A stretch of 64,000 nucleotides of DNA, taken from positions 434,001-498,000 of the forward strand of contig NW_026861463.1 in the NCBI RefSeq assembly GCF_026571515.1. Direction: 5' to 3'. The notes under the pieces are model-generated. The model searched no databases, was not told the DNA's origin, and saw only the letters and a program-made list of their open reading frames with translations. The stretch comes from Ruditapes philippinarum. Its lineage: Eukaryota. The stretch's first letter is position 1. Each line of letters starts with the position of its first letter. Positions 13,621-25,862 of the stretch are shown here, piece by piece. The translations under genes were made by a program, and so were the position numbers.

Positions 13621-15773
13621 TTATAACATGACCCACGGTGCAGGAGTGTTGTAAACCCATTCATTATTTTACGTATTAAATGGGTCAGTAATACACTAGT
13701 GTAATAAATATGCTAATGAGCCGAATCACTATCACTACGCGCTGTCAAAAAACATAAACAAATATGGCGTCGAATGTCATTTCTGTCAACGATCAGGTTC
13801 GAATCGACGGTCACGGCCTTGGAATCGTCACTGAGATAGTTTACCGCGGGTTCACCACGAGCTACATGGTCAGGCTAGTTGACAGTAACTTTGAAGTTGA
13901 ACTTGAAAGGGAGAGATTGACGATTGTGCCTACCGACGAGATGAACGCTATGTCCGAACGGCCAAGGTCCAGATTTAATATTGTCTCTGACTCTGATGTT
14001 GACGCCTTTAACCACGAGCAAAGTAATAAAAACACTCTCATAAAAACTGTTAATGATTTAAAAATTCTGAAATCTTTCAAAAATTTCACGATTTTCGTTT
14101 ATCTCAGGTTCTTCAAAGAAATTCTTTGAAGAACCTGAGATAAACGAAAATCGTGAAATTTTTGAAATTCCAGAAAATGAATTGTCCTCATTACTTTGCC
14201 GGTTTTTAGTCAGTGTCAGAAAGCAAAATGGAGACGAGTATGAGCCTTCAGTCCTGCGTGGAATGATATCTAGTTTTGATCGGCAGTTACGTCGAAAAGG
14301 TTATGAACAAACCATTGCTTTGGGCCCTGGATTTGCTAAAGTTCGAGAGACACTGTCTATGAAACAACGACAGCTTAAAAAAGATGGGAGGGGTAACTTG
14401 CCAAAAAAAAGTGAACCGCTGTCTGACAAAGATATAGACCATTTATGGAACTCAGACCAACTTGGCACAAGAACACCGGACACTATACTTCAAACACTTT
14501 GGCTGTACAATACCATACATTTTGGACTTAGAAGTTGTCAAGAACACCGTGATATGTGCTGGGGAGATATTTCATTAATGGCCGATGATAACGGACATGA
14601 ATACTTGCAATTTTCGGAGAGACAAACCAAGACACGGTCCGGTGAAAATCCGAGAGATGTGAGGGTAATAAAACCTAAGATGTGGGCAAATGTTGTAAAT
14701 CATGATCGATGCCCGATTGCCGTTTACAAATTGTACGCTGAAAAACGTCCAATGAATTATTCTGAATTTGACCATCCATTTTATATTGCAACTACAACTA
14801 TCCACTTACCTTCACCCCGTGACACCTGGTTTAAACGAAATCCAGTAGGAATCAACAAACTAGGATCAATGATGAAGAGAATGGTCCAGCATTCTGGTTT
14901 AAATTCAAGTAAACGCCTTACTAATCACAGTGCACGAAAATACCTTGTTCAAAAATTGAACGACAGTAACATTCCTCCTAACCAAATTATGCAAATATCC
15001 GGTCATAAGAATATAGCATCCATCAACAATTATAGTCACATAAATCAGAATCAGCACAGACAAATATCCGACATCCTTCATTCCAATGTAAAAGAAAACA
15101 ATCCAGCGAATCCCATTCCATATCCGTGTTCAAATTCTGCACAGTTAAACCATAACACAGCACATGTCAACACCGATTCAAGGTCCAATCTTCATGTATC
15201 CGGTGGGTTTCAGAGTATTTTCAGCGCTCCCATACATGGTGGAACATTTCATGTGCATGTTCATCAAAATGACTCCAAATTAAATCAAAATTCAGGCCAC
15301 AAACGTGCACGATACATAGACAGCGATAGTGATTAAATTCGAGTTCATATGCAAGATGCCGGCTATCAAACTTTACACACATGAACATTGACGTCATGAG
15401 TAAGATGGTGACAATGTGATATTTTTACAAATGAATGATATTAAGTCTTGTTATTGCTATAAAAACATGTTATGAATTTGACGAAATAAATGTGATATTA
15501 TATGTCAGTAAGCACAATAGTTTTTCCTAAAAAAAACTGTTTTAACTAGTACTACTTTTTTTAGCGCATGAGGGTCAGAAACCGTATAACAACTTCGACC
15601 CATTTCTCCTTATATAGAAAAAAGGCACAGCAATTTATTTTCTTCGTTTATCAGGGCGCTTTTTCTGGTCATGTCATAAATAGAATCTTAATTTCGTGTT
15701 TATGTTGTATTAAATTTATTAAACTCGTCATCTGAAAACGATAAAAACGAGGCTCTTCAAGATCCTCTATTTA
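13621..15773 (+). mobile_element. Crypton-type tyrosine-recombinase transposon
   Basis: Contains a DUF3504/YR coding region. The left end TTATAACATGACC (13621-13633) is inverted at GGTCATGTCATAA (15667-15679), followed by a terminal hairpin taaatagaatctt...aagatcctctattta (15677-15773). Boundaries are inferred. Confidence 0.7.
13764..15336 (+). pseudogene. DUF3504 (ZMYM/KCTD1-related) tyrosine recombinase, frameshifted by a 46-bp insertion
   Basis: ORFs 13764-14129 and 14182-15336 fuse into one 508-aa ORF if 14076-14121 is removed. Motifs: VRKQNGDEYEP, FGLR, TKT, NHSAR, SGHK, NNYS (catalytic R-K-H-R-H-Y set intact). No introns. Confidence 0.85.
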
Positions 15774-16603
15774 CACGATTGGTATTACTTTGAAAGTGAA
15801 TGACAAGGCGGTAAGTGTCAAACAAGGCGAAGCTCTTTTGCCCTACGCAGATTGCGCATGCGCGAAAAATACTACTTAATGTTTCAAAAAAGCAATGTTT
15901 GTAATATGGAGTAAAGTTAAGTACTGTTAACATACGTGATTATTCTGTTGAATCCCAAAATGTTGTTTAAGTGCAATAATCAGTTTTGGATTTAAATAAC
16001 CTATATGGTCTTCATAAGAATAAGAATACTGTATGCTTTTTTCTACGTCCTATAGCCCCTGAATTAGTAGATTAATAAGTAATACTGTATGAAATTATAA
16101 ATAGTTATTATAAATCAAATGCCCGTATTGTTTTCGGCATTCTCATATTTTTATCGATTTTTTTTGTTTAACATATTCTCTATTGTCAGGTTCCACACTA
16201 CATATGTTTTGCATATACACGCAAGTTTGTTGCACACTACATAATAGTTCCAAGCACGTTTACAATTCACGCATATTTAACCAGAGCATTGACACCAGTT
16301 TGGACCAAGTAATATAATTCTGTTTTATATTATTCGTGAAAATTATTTCATTTATACCTTGATTTAAGTTTATAAGTAAACGGGTTTTGTTTTGAACACA
16401 TCGTCCTTAAGAAAGATGATGTTGCTATTAACAAGATCATAAAAGTGTTAAACACTTTCGTTGAATCAACAATACGCGTTAAATTGTATGTGTTAAATAT
16501 ATGTAAGTTTATGTATATAGGCCGTTCCATTGAAACAACCCAGGCTATATACCGTGGATAATTATATTGAGCGTTGAGTAAACCGGGCACAGTTGTGTCG
16601 GTG

Positions 16604-16610
16604 TATATAA
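16604..16610 (+). promoter_or_regulatory. Candidate TATA box of the acid phosphatase gene
   Basis: TATATAA ~80 bp upstream of ATG 16685. Confidence 0.4.
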
Positions 16611-16684
16611 GTAGAGAGCTATGATCACAGCTGTCTGTAAATAAATTATTTTTTTAGAGAAGTTTCCAATTAGGCATAATATTC

Positions 16685-19600
16685 ATGGACGATGTCATTG
16701 TTTTTACCGTGTTGCTGGCTTTATTTGCTCAAGGTATAGATTACAATAAATAAATAAATACATAAATGAAAAAAACCTGTTTCAAGTTTAATGATAATTT
16801 TTTATTGAGAAACAAGAGAAGATTTAATTTTAAAGCTCGTTAATTTTTTAGAGTAACAATGTTAACAAGATAATTACAGGATTTTGATATCAAATCAATA
16901 AATGACAGTTTAATTATAAAATCAAATTTGGTGTCAGCGTTGGGGCACACACACAAAAGATATCATTAAAATTGATGTTTGATTTTTTTAAAAACAAAAC
17001 AGTTGTTTTGTTTGTTGTTGTTCTTCTTGTTGTTTTGTTGTGGGTGTTTTTTTTATTTCGTTTTCTTTTTTTTTCTTTTTTTTTTCTTCTTCTTTTTTAT
17101 ACCGACATTTTTGACATTATGAAAGGATATAACGGTGTTTCATTTTTTATGATGTGTGCAATTGTTTCTACCGTAAGTACTTTTAAAGAATCTCTTTCTA
17201 TATCGATAAGCTCTTTTATTGCACCATTTTCTAAACTGGTTATTTTGTCATTTTCCCACCATCATTTCTACGATTCATTATCTCTGTTATATAACGTGTG
17301 TCTGGTCACACTAATATTTCCCATATCTCATTTTTAGATTGAATCATTATCCATCATTCCAACGACAGTATTTTTTTTTTCAATGAATTCTTCCATAGCA
17401 TGATTTTAAATTTTTCAAATACTTTAAGTATTCATCTTTATGATAGGGGTAAAAGGATCACATTTAGTTCTGTCTACTTCAACCGATAAGCTAATATATA
17501 CTTTTTCTGAATCAATTAGGCTTCAAATGCAAATATTTTTATATCTCAAAAGATTTTTATTCGGGACGCTATTACAGATTAGTATAATTACTTATTGCCT
17601 ATATGTACGAAAGACCGATGGGGACATTTCATCTTCATGAATTCCCGATTTCATCTTCAGAGTTATCACAAGTACTCCAGAACATTTGAAAAATCGGGTA
17701 TAAATCTGTTAGCCGGTGCTTTTTGTTTGCAATTTTGCATTAAAATTAATAGGTAATTATGTATGGCAAGGATAAAGACCAGAAATAAACAGGTCAATAC
17801 ATGTGAATTGGCAAATAATTTGAAAATTTTACTCAAAACTACCAGATTTTAAGCAAGAGGCGATAAAAATTGCCTATGAATTTGCTTTGTCACAAAATAC
17901 AAGATGTAAGACAAGCTTAATTATTTAAGTTTAATTGAGCACCTAAAACTCATTTTTAAAAGATGAAAATAGCCATTTTTGACGAGTGTTTTTGTAATGT
18001 ATACTGATGTTTAACGACGAACTACGTGACAGTTATCACAAGAACCCCTGAACAAGTTATCATAAGAACTCCATCCTTCGTGTAACACTTCCTCCGCCGT
18101 GTATTTTATCTTTATCAATTCACGATTTTAACTTCACGAATTCACGATTTCAACTTCAACTTTATGAAGATGAAATCGTGAATTCGTGAATTCCCGAAGT
18201 TGAACTCGTGAATTCAAAAGTTGAAACCGTGAATTCATGAAGATGAAATCGAGAATTCATGAAGTTGTAATGGCCTACCGGTCTTTCGTACATATATCTT
18301 AATCATCATTCGCTTCTTAAGCATTTTGGCAAGTAGTGACCTTATAAATATTTAGTATTTTTATAGAAGTCACTTTATCACTATGGGTACATTTTGCTTA
18401 CATGTTTTACTCAAAGCACAGAAGGCGCTGAATTTGTTTGGGTCTCAGAATGTCAGAAAGGTGAAGGTTGTGAGATTATAAAACAATTTGTTTTTGTATA
18501 GTGCCACCAATGCTTTCAAGCGTTTTAATTGTAGTAGAATGGCTAAAAGATTAATTGCAACACTGCTATTAGATCCAATGTTTATTCTACTTAAACAATT
18601 TGAAAAAAAATGAGTTGCCTTAACTGGGATTTGAACTCATACCTCTCCCTTCCTAAGCGAGCGCTGAAACCCTTCGGCCACGATGAATTTCTTTGTTAAT
18701 GTCCTGAAGAAAACCATATTATTCTATTTAGGGTTTGTAACGCTAACTGTTGTTTAACACTTGTGTAAATAATCATGGCGCTTATTATAAGCATGTATAT
18801 ATCTATAAAGAATAAAACAATATTAGAAATATTCGACCATTCGGGAATTATTTTGCTTGAAAATTAATCCGCCTGTCATGTTACCATATTTACGAAGTGA
18901 TCTCCCCTGAACTTTTCGGCCTAAGTGTTACATATAAAGGGAAGTAACCGCTTCAAAAAAGCGGACTACTTTCGGCACTTACAATTAACAGCATTAGAGT
19001 CTGAAATTTCGCTACCATTATTTGTTTGGTCTGACGACCCAAACAAATAAAAACCCATTATTACTAAACTATTAAACAAATGTTAGCCATTGCTACGAAA
19101 AATAAAACGTTACTTTACATTTCTGAGGTTTTAAACTAACTTGACATTTTTTTCTATTTTACAATATGGTGTTTCTAAGAGAACGTTACAAAACACCTTC
19201 TTCGATATCAAATGTTTTCAATTTCTTATACCGTCATTTCTATCCCAGCGTAAAATTTCTTTAAAAAAGTTTACAATAAAAAATTTTAATGTCTTCTTCA
19301 TTGCTTAATCGTAGTTTGATACGTGCGTCTTCAATACTGATATATATTTATATCAACCCCACAGTAAAAGGTGTTCCTCTTACACGAGACAACTGCGACT
19401 CCTTACAGATCCTCGTTTTAGCGGACTGGGGCGGCTCACCACATGCACCGTACACAACTTCAATGCAAATTGATGTGGCCAATCAAATGGCTACGACGGC
19501 GGGTGAAAGGAATATCAGTTTTGTCCTTTCTCTTGGCGACAACTTTTACGATACTGGGATTTACAGTTGGAAAAGCGACAGATTTGAGGTGAGGTAGAAC

Positions 19601-22600
19601 AGTCATCATAAGAGCGTAATTTAAGCGTAAAATATCATTTTATTCAGTCATTATTTTTATTTGTATTGCAAACGGAATCTAATGTAAAGTATGGTCAATA
19701 TTTTGCATGACGCTACTCGAAAGTTTGCGAAGTGTCGCGTTCTACCTTAAGCTTTATTTAGTGTCTTGAAGAAAGACAAGGAAAGACAAAACTTTATTTC
19801 AAATATTTTTGCAGACGACATTTGAGAACGTTTATAACCAGGAATCGTTACAAATACCGTGGTATATAATTGCTGGTAACCACGATCATTATGGTTCTGT
19901 TAGGGCTCAAATACGGCGTTCAAGTTCGTCTTTTAGATGGTAAATATAATATGTCAGTGTTTTATGCGTAGTTTTTGTTGTTGTTTTTTCTTATTATTTT
20001 TTCTTATCTTTTCTTATATTGAAAACTATTTCAACAGGTGTCCCTCACGTCACTGTCACAGAATCTTCTATCTTCTGCGTTTTTTTGTTGTTTGTTTTTG
20101 TGTTTTTTTAAGTGGAATGAACTTGGGTCGCTAATTTTCTCGCTTCATCTCCACATATGAAGCCTGGTAATAGTGACAGAAAGAAAGACGCTTGTTACAT
20201 CTTGAATTTATTTTACGACGTCATGAACGTCATTTATTGTGCGTACGACTGGCTTCGAACCCACGCCCCCACCCCCCCCCCCCCACCCCCCCCCCCATTG
20301 TCATTTGAACAGAAATGTTACTTGTAAACATTTTGTATTCCTTTCTTTCACGGTATATCGATAGTGAACATGTTCTTGTAAAATTGTGTACGTTTAAATA
20401 AAAAATGTGATCAGTTGAGCTGCAGTCCTATAACTTTTTAACAACCCTCGTTGTGCAGACGTAACTGTTTTCCTCTTATAAATACATGTATGTGCATTCC
20501 TTCAGTTGAACCAAATAACCAAAGTTTTTTTTAACAAAATCAATCTTGAGAAAATGTGCATTTTTTTAGAAAAGTAAAAATATTCAAATAATTTTTATGT
20601 AATGTGCAGTAATTAACTTATTTTGCAATATTTATCTTCATATTTCAACAGCGTGACTAACGCAGTAATGGTTAGTTTTGCACATACCGACCTCTTTATG
20701 GTAAATTAAGTTGGTTATAAGAGAATAAATTATAAATTACTTTGATTGTTCACTTTAAATGCATTTTTGACAATAAGAATGAATGCAGATACATGCTGCT
20801 TTAATACTTAAGTAGTACACAGTATCTTTGAAAAGTATCCCTTTCACAACTTTGTTTTAATGATTTTCATTCTTAATGTTTCAAAACGCCTTTCACCAAC
20901 AATTTTACCAACACAAAAATTTATTTTAACACTTACACATTTCATTTTATCAAGGATGTTCCCGCACTTTTACTATAAACAATCATGGATGCTACCAGAC
21001 GATAAGGTTTTGGATGTATTGCTAATCGATACCACAATCCTTTGCGGCAATACATATGATACACCATACGGCAAGCGTCTGAAGGGACCAAAAAACGTGC
21101 ATAATGCAAACTTGCAGTGGTCTTGGTTAGAACGCACTCTTAAAGAGTCAAAGTAAGCAGGTTTTTGTTATTCGTTTTGGGGTATGTCAAGTTTTAACAC
21201 ATGTTGCAAATGTTGACGCATACTATGTTATGTACAGATAACTCCATACAAGTACACATATAAACCACTGCCTATAAAGCATAACGTTTATGTCTTTTAT
21301 ACTTACCTTCTGTTCCGAAAGTTGTATCAATTAACTTATAATGAGCTATTTTATAGAGTAAACAGATTGGCTTACTCTAGTGAAAATAAGGTTTCGTTCA
21401 AAATTAAATTATGTCCAATCCAAGGAACATTTACTAGTTAAAATTCCTTGCAGTGAAAGGTCATTAACCTTCAGCACCGGAGAGAGGAATTTTCAATTTT
21501 CTATGAAATAAAATGTCTGAAAATAGTTCTTTTGCGTTACATTACCAATTTTAAGAAAAAATTATTTTTGCTATAAGAACTGTTATAATAGCTCCGTACC
21601 AGTACGATCCAGTGGCTGAAATGTTCTGCGGTAAATTCAATGTGCCTAATAACTGACGTTATCCGGAGTGCAAAGTTCCAAACGTCCCGACATCAAAGAT
21701 AGAAAAATCCGTAAATGTTACTAAAAATAGAGGTGTATATCACATTGATTCACACTGCATGTGCAGTACTTCCTTACGTATTCCTACACAAACGCGATAT
21801 TTACTCCTAAACTGCGCTTATTTTCGAAATTGCAACTGTAAAAGTTTTTGTACCCACGGAGTGGCTAGGAAAATCCAAAATATTCTTAATTCCGGAGTAA
21901 GTCTCTATATAAACTTTGTATAACATGCTATTTTAGAAGTGACTTTCTTCTGGTTGGGGGACACTACCCTGTCTATTCGGTCGGTGTCAACGGGCCAACA
22001 GAATGCCTCTACTCGAGACTCGAACCTCTACTTTACAAGTACCACGTGACAGCCTATTTATCCGGGCACGACCATAACTTACAGGTACTAGTATATAAAC
22101 AATTAAAATTGCATAATTATAATATTGGGTACCTTAAAGGCACATTATGCCTCAGAAGTTCGTCTTTTTTATTCTTTAGAAATATCAAACATGTGTTTAA
22201 TAATGGATTAGAAAAAATGTCTGAAGTAGGAAGCGCTGAACGTTTAGTGGGTCGTTAATGTTTAAACGAAGTAGTATTTCAACTTCCATACAAAATACAA
22301 ATTTACGTGAACTATACCACATGCCATAAGTAACACTGACATGTTCTGTGAAGCACAATATTCAAAGACTAACAACTGTAAATGTGTTTATTTTGACTAT
22401 TCTCTTACCTCGTCAAGCTCAAACTCCATTTTATTTAGAATCGATCCGGTGCTATTAAATCAAAATTAGTAAATCGATAGCATTGATAGTATTTTTTTAG
22501 GAAAATTAGCCTTTAAGCACCTTAGATTGTTCACATTAATTCACGAGATGCGATTATTTTATATACATGTTTTTCTGATAATGAATAAATTGGGTACATA

Positions 22601-23045
22601 GTGGATTTAAAACATAATGATATGTACATGTTTTATGATACTGCACGTTTGTAACGACGCTTGTCATTGGATAATCGAGACGTTTATACTGCTGTCAATG
22701 TAGGAAGTAATTTTTACTTTTTCCTAAAATATACTCGTAATGATCTGAATGAAATTGAGATATTTATTTTAAAGAAACCAACAGACACATTCCTTCTTGC
22801 AGCACATACAAACGAGAACAAGCGGTCAGAAAATGGACTATTTCGTTCTTGGGAGTGGCTCCTGGACAGATGACTTGATGACCAATCAGGACACAGTTCC
22901 AAAAGAATCCTTGAAATTCTTTTTTGCTAAAAAACATATCGGTGGATTTGCATTAGTAGATGTGACTGAGAAAAGATTGAAAATATCTTTTGTAGCCAGT
23001 AATGGAGATGTCAAATACAACTATAACTTAGACCCACGAAAATAA
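16685..23045 (+). CDS. ACP5: Tartrate-resistant (purple) acid phosphatase type 5-like, 328 aa, with signal peptide
   Basis: join(16685-16733,19365-19588,19815-19939,20955-21152,21937-22084,22803-23045). All junctions are GT-AG and in frame. Metal-ligand motifs DWGG, GDNFY, GNHD, GHYP and GHDH are present. Exon 1 is less certain. Confidence 0.9.
17600..18296. mobile_element. MITE with TIRs and subterminal short repeats, within ACP5 intron 1
   Basis: tatatgtacgaaagaccg ... cggtctttcgtacatata; subterminal gaattc/gatttcatcttc repeats. A related fragment lies at ~28060-28190. Confidence 0.75.
18610..18682 (-). mobile_element. tRNA-derived SINE head
   Basis: Minus strand gives gtggccgaagggtt (A-box-like) ... 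gagttcaaatccc (B-box). Confidence 0.5.
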
Positions 23046-24536
23046 TCGTTTGAATCTGTTGTTTGTGGAATTTTCCATCTATCAATACATCGTATAAATT
23101 CGGCAAACTCCGCAAGATTCCGTGAGTGGGACAAATCCTAATTTCATGAGCAAAACCATTTCTATAGCATATACAATTCTAGATAAAAAGGGTGTTTGAA
23201 GGACAGGAAGTAGAGGATTTGTTCCGACCGAAGGCTGGTCTAAAATCAGTTTGACTTCCTGTAAGAAAGAAAATGTGAATAAAAACGTTATGCAACAAAG
23301 CAAGAAATTTAGAATAGAGCTTATGTATATTAAAGGTTTATGTACTTGCATTTTTATTGAGGAATCGCGAAATAAATCGTGTCATTCCGCAGTAAATCAT
23401 ACCCATTATTTAAAGTCATAGAAGACTGGGCTGTTTCGCAGCCGAATGAAAAATAAGAATGAACTTTGTAATTGGAACACAGTCTGACATGGCTTTTCAT
23501 GTGATTCACATTAAAAATACCTATTGCATGACTGATTCCATTTGAGTTACCGCTGATTACGCTAAACTCTATGAAAAGTTTATATCTATGTCTATTAACG
23601 TGTTGGCCGCATATGTTGTAAGTAACAAAGACTGGTTTATAAAAAAATTATAATATGTTACCAAGTTGACCTAAATAAAGTACATTTACATTTACTTCAT
23701 ACTGTATGAATTACATGTGTTTTGCAACTGATGTCTATCAAACACTTAGAAATACGTTAAACAATTTACGTGGTTTGTTTTATCTTTACGAGTAACATAA
23801 ACTTAAAGAAAGAAAATATCCATGTCTGTATTTTTGTGCAACAAATACAATATATAGATTTTGCGCTAGGGATGTGATTTGACGATTCGTAGTATTTAAA
23901 TAGAATTCGAATGATTGAATGTACCGGTATTATTTATTATCTAGAGTAAAAACATACCAATCAAACACATCTATTAACCACATTTATAAATTTTACCTTG
24001 CAGTAGTGTAAGACATTTTAACATTGCCCTTATCATTTCAGAGCATTGAACTTTGCAGACTACATAATGACAATATGTTGATAGTTAATAAAGCGCATAT
24101 AACAACATAACAGTTTTGAAGCACAACAAGAATGTAACAAAATTAAGTGCAATAGAGTTAAAAACGGTGACAGCTTGGAAAAAAACAACACGCAGTAAAC
24201 CCGTGAATTGATCTACAATTGGCACATTTTCCATTTCCAAGTGTTTCAAATATTGATAAAACCCAAGTATGAACCATGTCACATTCCCATTTTATTTTCG
24301 GAAAATGACATAGTTCATTCATTTATAAGGTACGTGCATATTTGGTTGATAAACGGAATACTAAATATAACTTCTATTATCTTAACAAAATGTCCTTTCC
24401 GGCTGTCCTCAATACACATTCCCAGTTAATAATATTTTATTATAACTATAAAGCATTTCATTTTTAAAACTCCTGCTTAAAAAATGGTTGTCTAATGGTC
24501 CTAAGAAATGAGTTAATTATATAGATTTAGTATTCA

Positions 24537-25587
24537 TTTTAGCTCGACTTATGCAAAAGAAAAAAATCTTGGTATTGCTTAAGTCTCCAAAGCTGGACAC
24601 GGCATCCTTTTTGGACAAGACCACTAAACTTGACCTTGACTCATCAAGAACATTGACCTTCAATATCAAATGTTTGTGTTTTTTTTATTGTTTTTTGCTA
24701 TAATTGACTATAACTTTGTGGGGTTTTTTTTTATAAATGGATTGTCTTCATACTTGGACTCACATTTCCTTTGGACACGACCTACAAACAGATCAAATTA
24801 ATCATGACCTTTACTTGTCAATGTCCTTGACACTGAAGGGTAAATTAATGAATTGTACTTGACTTTTGCTATAGCTTTGCTTTTTATGAATGTATCGTCT
24901 TCATACTTTGACCCAATAATTCGTTGGACAAGACCTGTAAGTAGACCAAATTAATTCTGACCTTCACTCATCAATTGTCTAAGCCTTGAAGGTCAAATGC
25001 TTGTAAATCCATGTAGTTTCTTTGCTTTTTGCTATTATTGGCTATAACTTTGTAAATAATGAATGCATTGTCTTTTTACGCATACACAACAAGCATTGGG
25101 ACAATAAATTAAAGAATATGTAATTGAACTTGACTTGGACCTTAATTTTACCTTGAAATTTAAGTCAAATTAACTGGCCATTATTTTATTTATTTATGGC
25201 TTTGATTTATACTTGGAAAAAAAGAAAACTTATGACAAAACCAGTATTCTGATAATTATGAACTTGACCTTTAATTGACAATGACCTTCAAGGTCAAATT
25301 ACTGAGATTTGCTCCTATTGTCACAACTTTGATATTTATTTATGGATCTGATTCATTCTTGGACAAAAGAACACATATGACAAAACCGACATAATGATTA
25401 ATTCAAATATGACCTAGACTTTTAATTGACATTGATCGTGAAGGTCAAATATGATATATGAATTTTTTTTGTTACAAGAAAACTATTTAATAGTAGTAGA
25501 CTTTACTACAATATTATTCTTATTATGTGTTTGTTTTTAGGAAAAGAGAGAAAGTCGACTATGACCCTGGTAGGTGGTGGCTCTTGT
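24537..25587 (+). mobile_element. Helentron-associated (HINE/pearl-like) non-autonomous element with internal tandem repeats
   Basis: Starts TTTTAGCTCGACT, has a subterminal inverted AGTCGA near 25553 and ends ctcttgt. Internal ~170-bp units contain ttgacctt/aaggtcaa/tataacttt. Confidence 0.6.
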
Positions 25588-25862
25588 GAAGAATTAGACA
25601 ATTATTTCCTAACAATAAATAAAGAAAAGATTTAGATGTAGAAATAATAAGTATCTCAACAAAATTGATTTTTGTAAATTCTAATGTCCTTATAAATGAA
25701 TGTCTTTAATTGCATGCCAACTCTACACAAAGATAACAAAAGTAACAAAAAACGCTAGATAACGAAATACATGTACAATCGCTCTTCCGATTTCTTCATA
25801 CCTTATCTCTTACATATAACTTACACTGCTTTACATGGTTTCTAAAATAATAGGCGGGGGAA

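Noticed and set aside
14068-14129. Programmed ribosomal frameshift joining the two Crypton ORFs
   Set aside because: A +1 shift would be needed, and the overlap is fully explained by the inverted duplication
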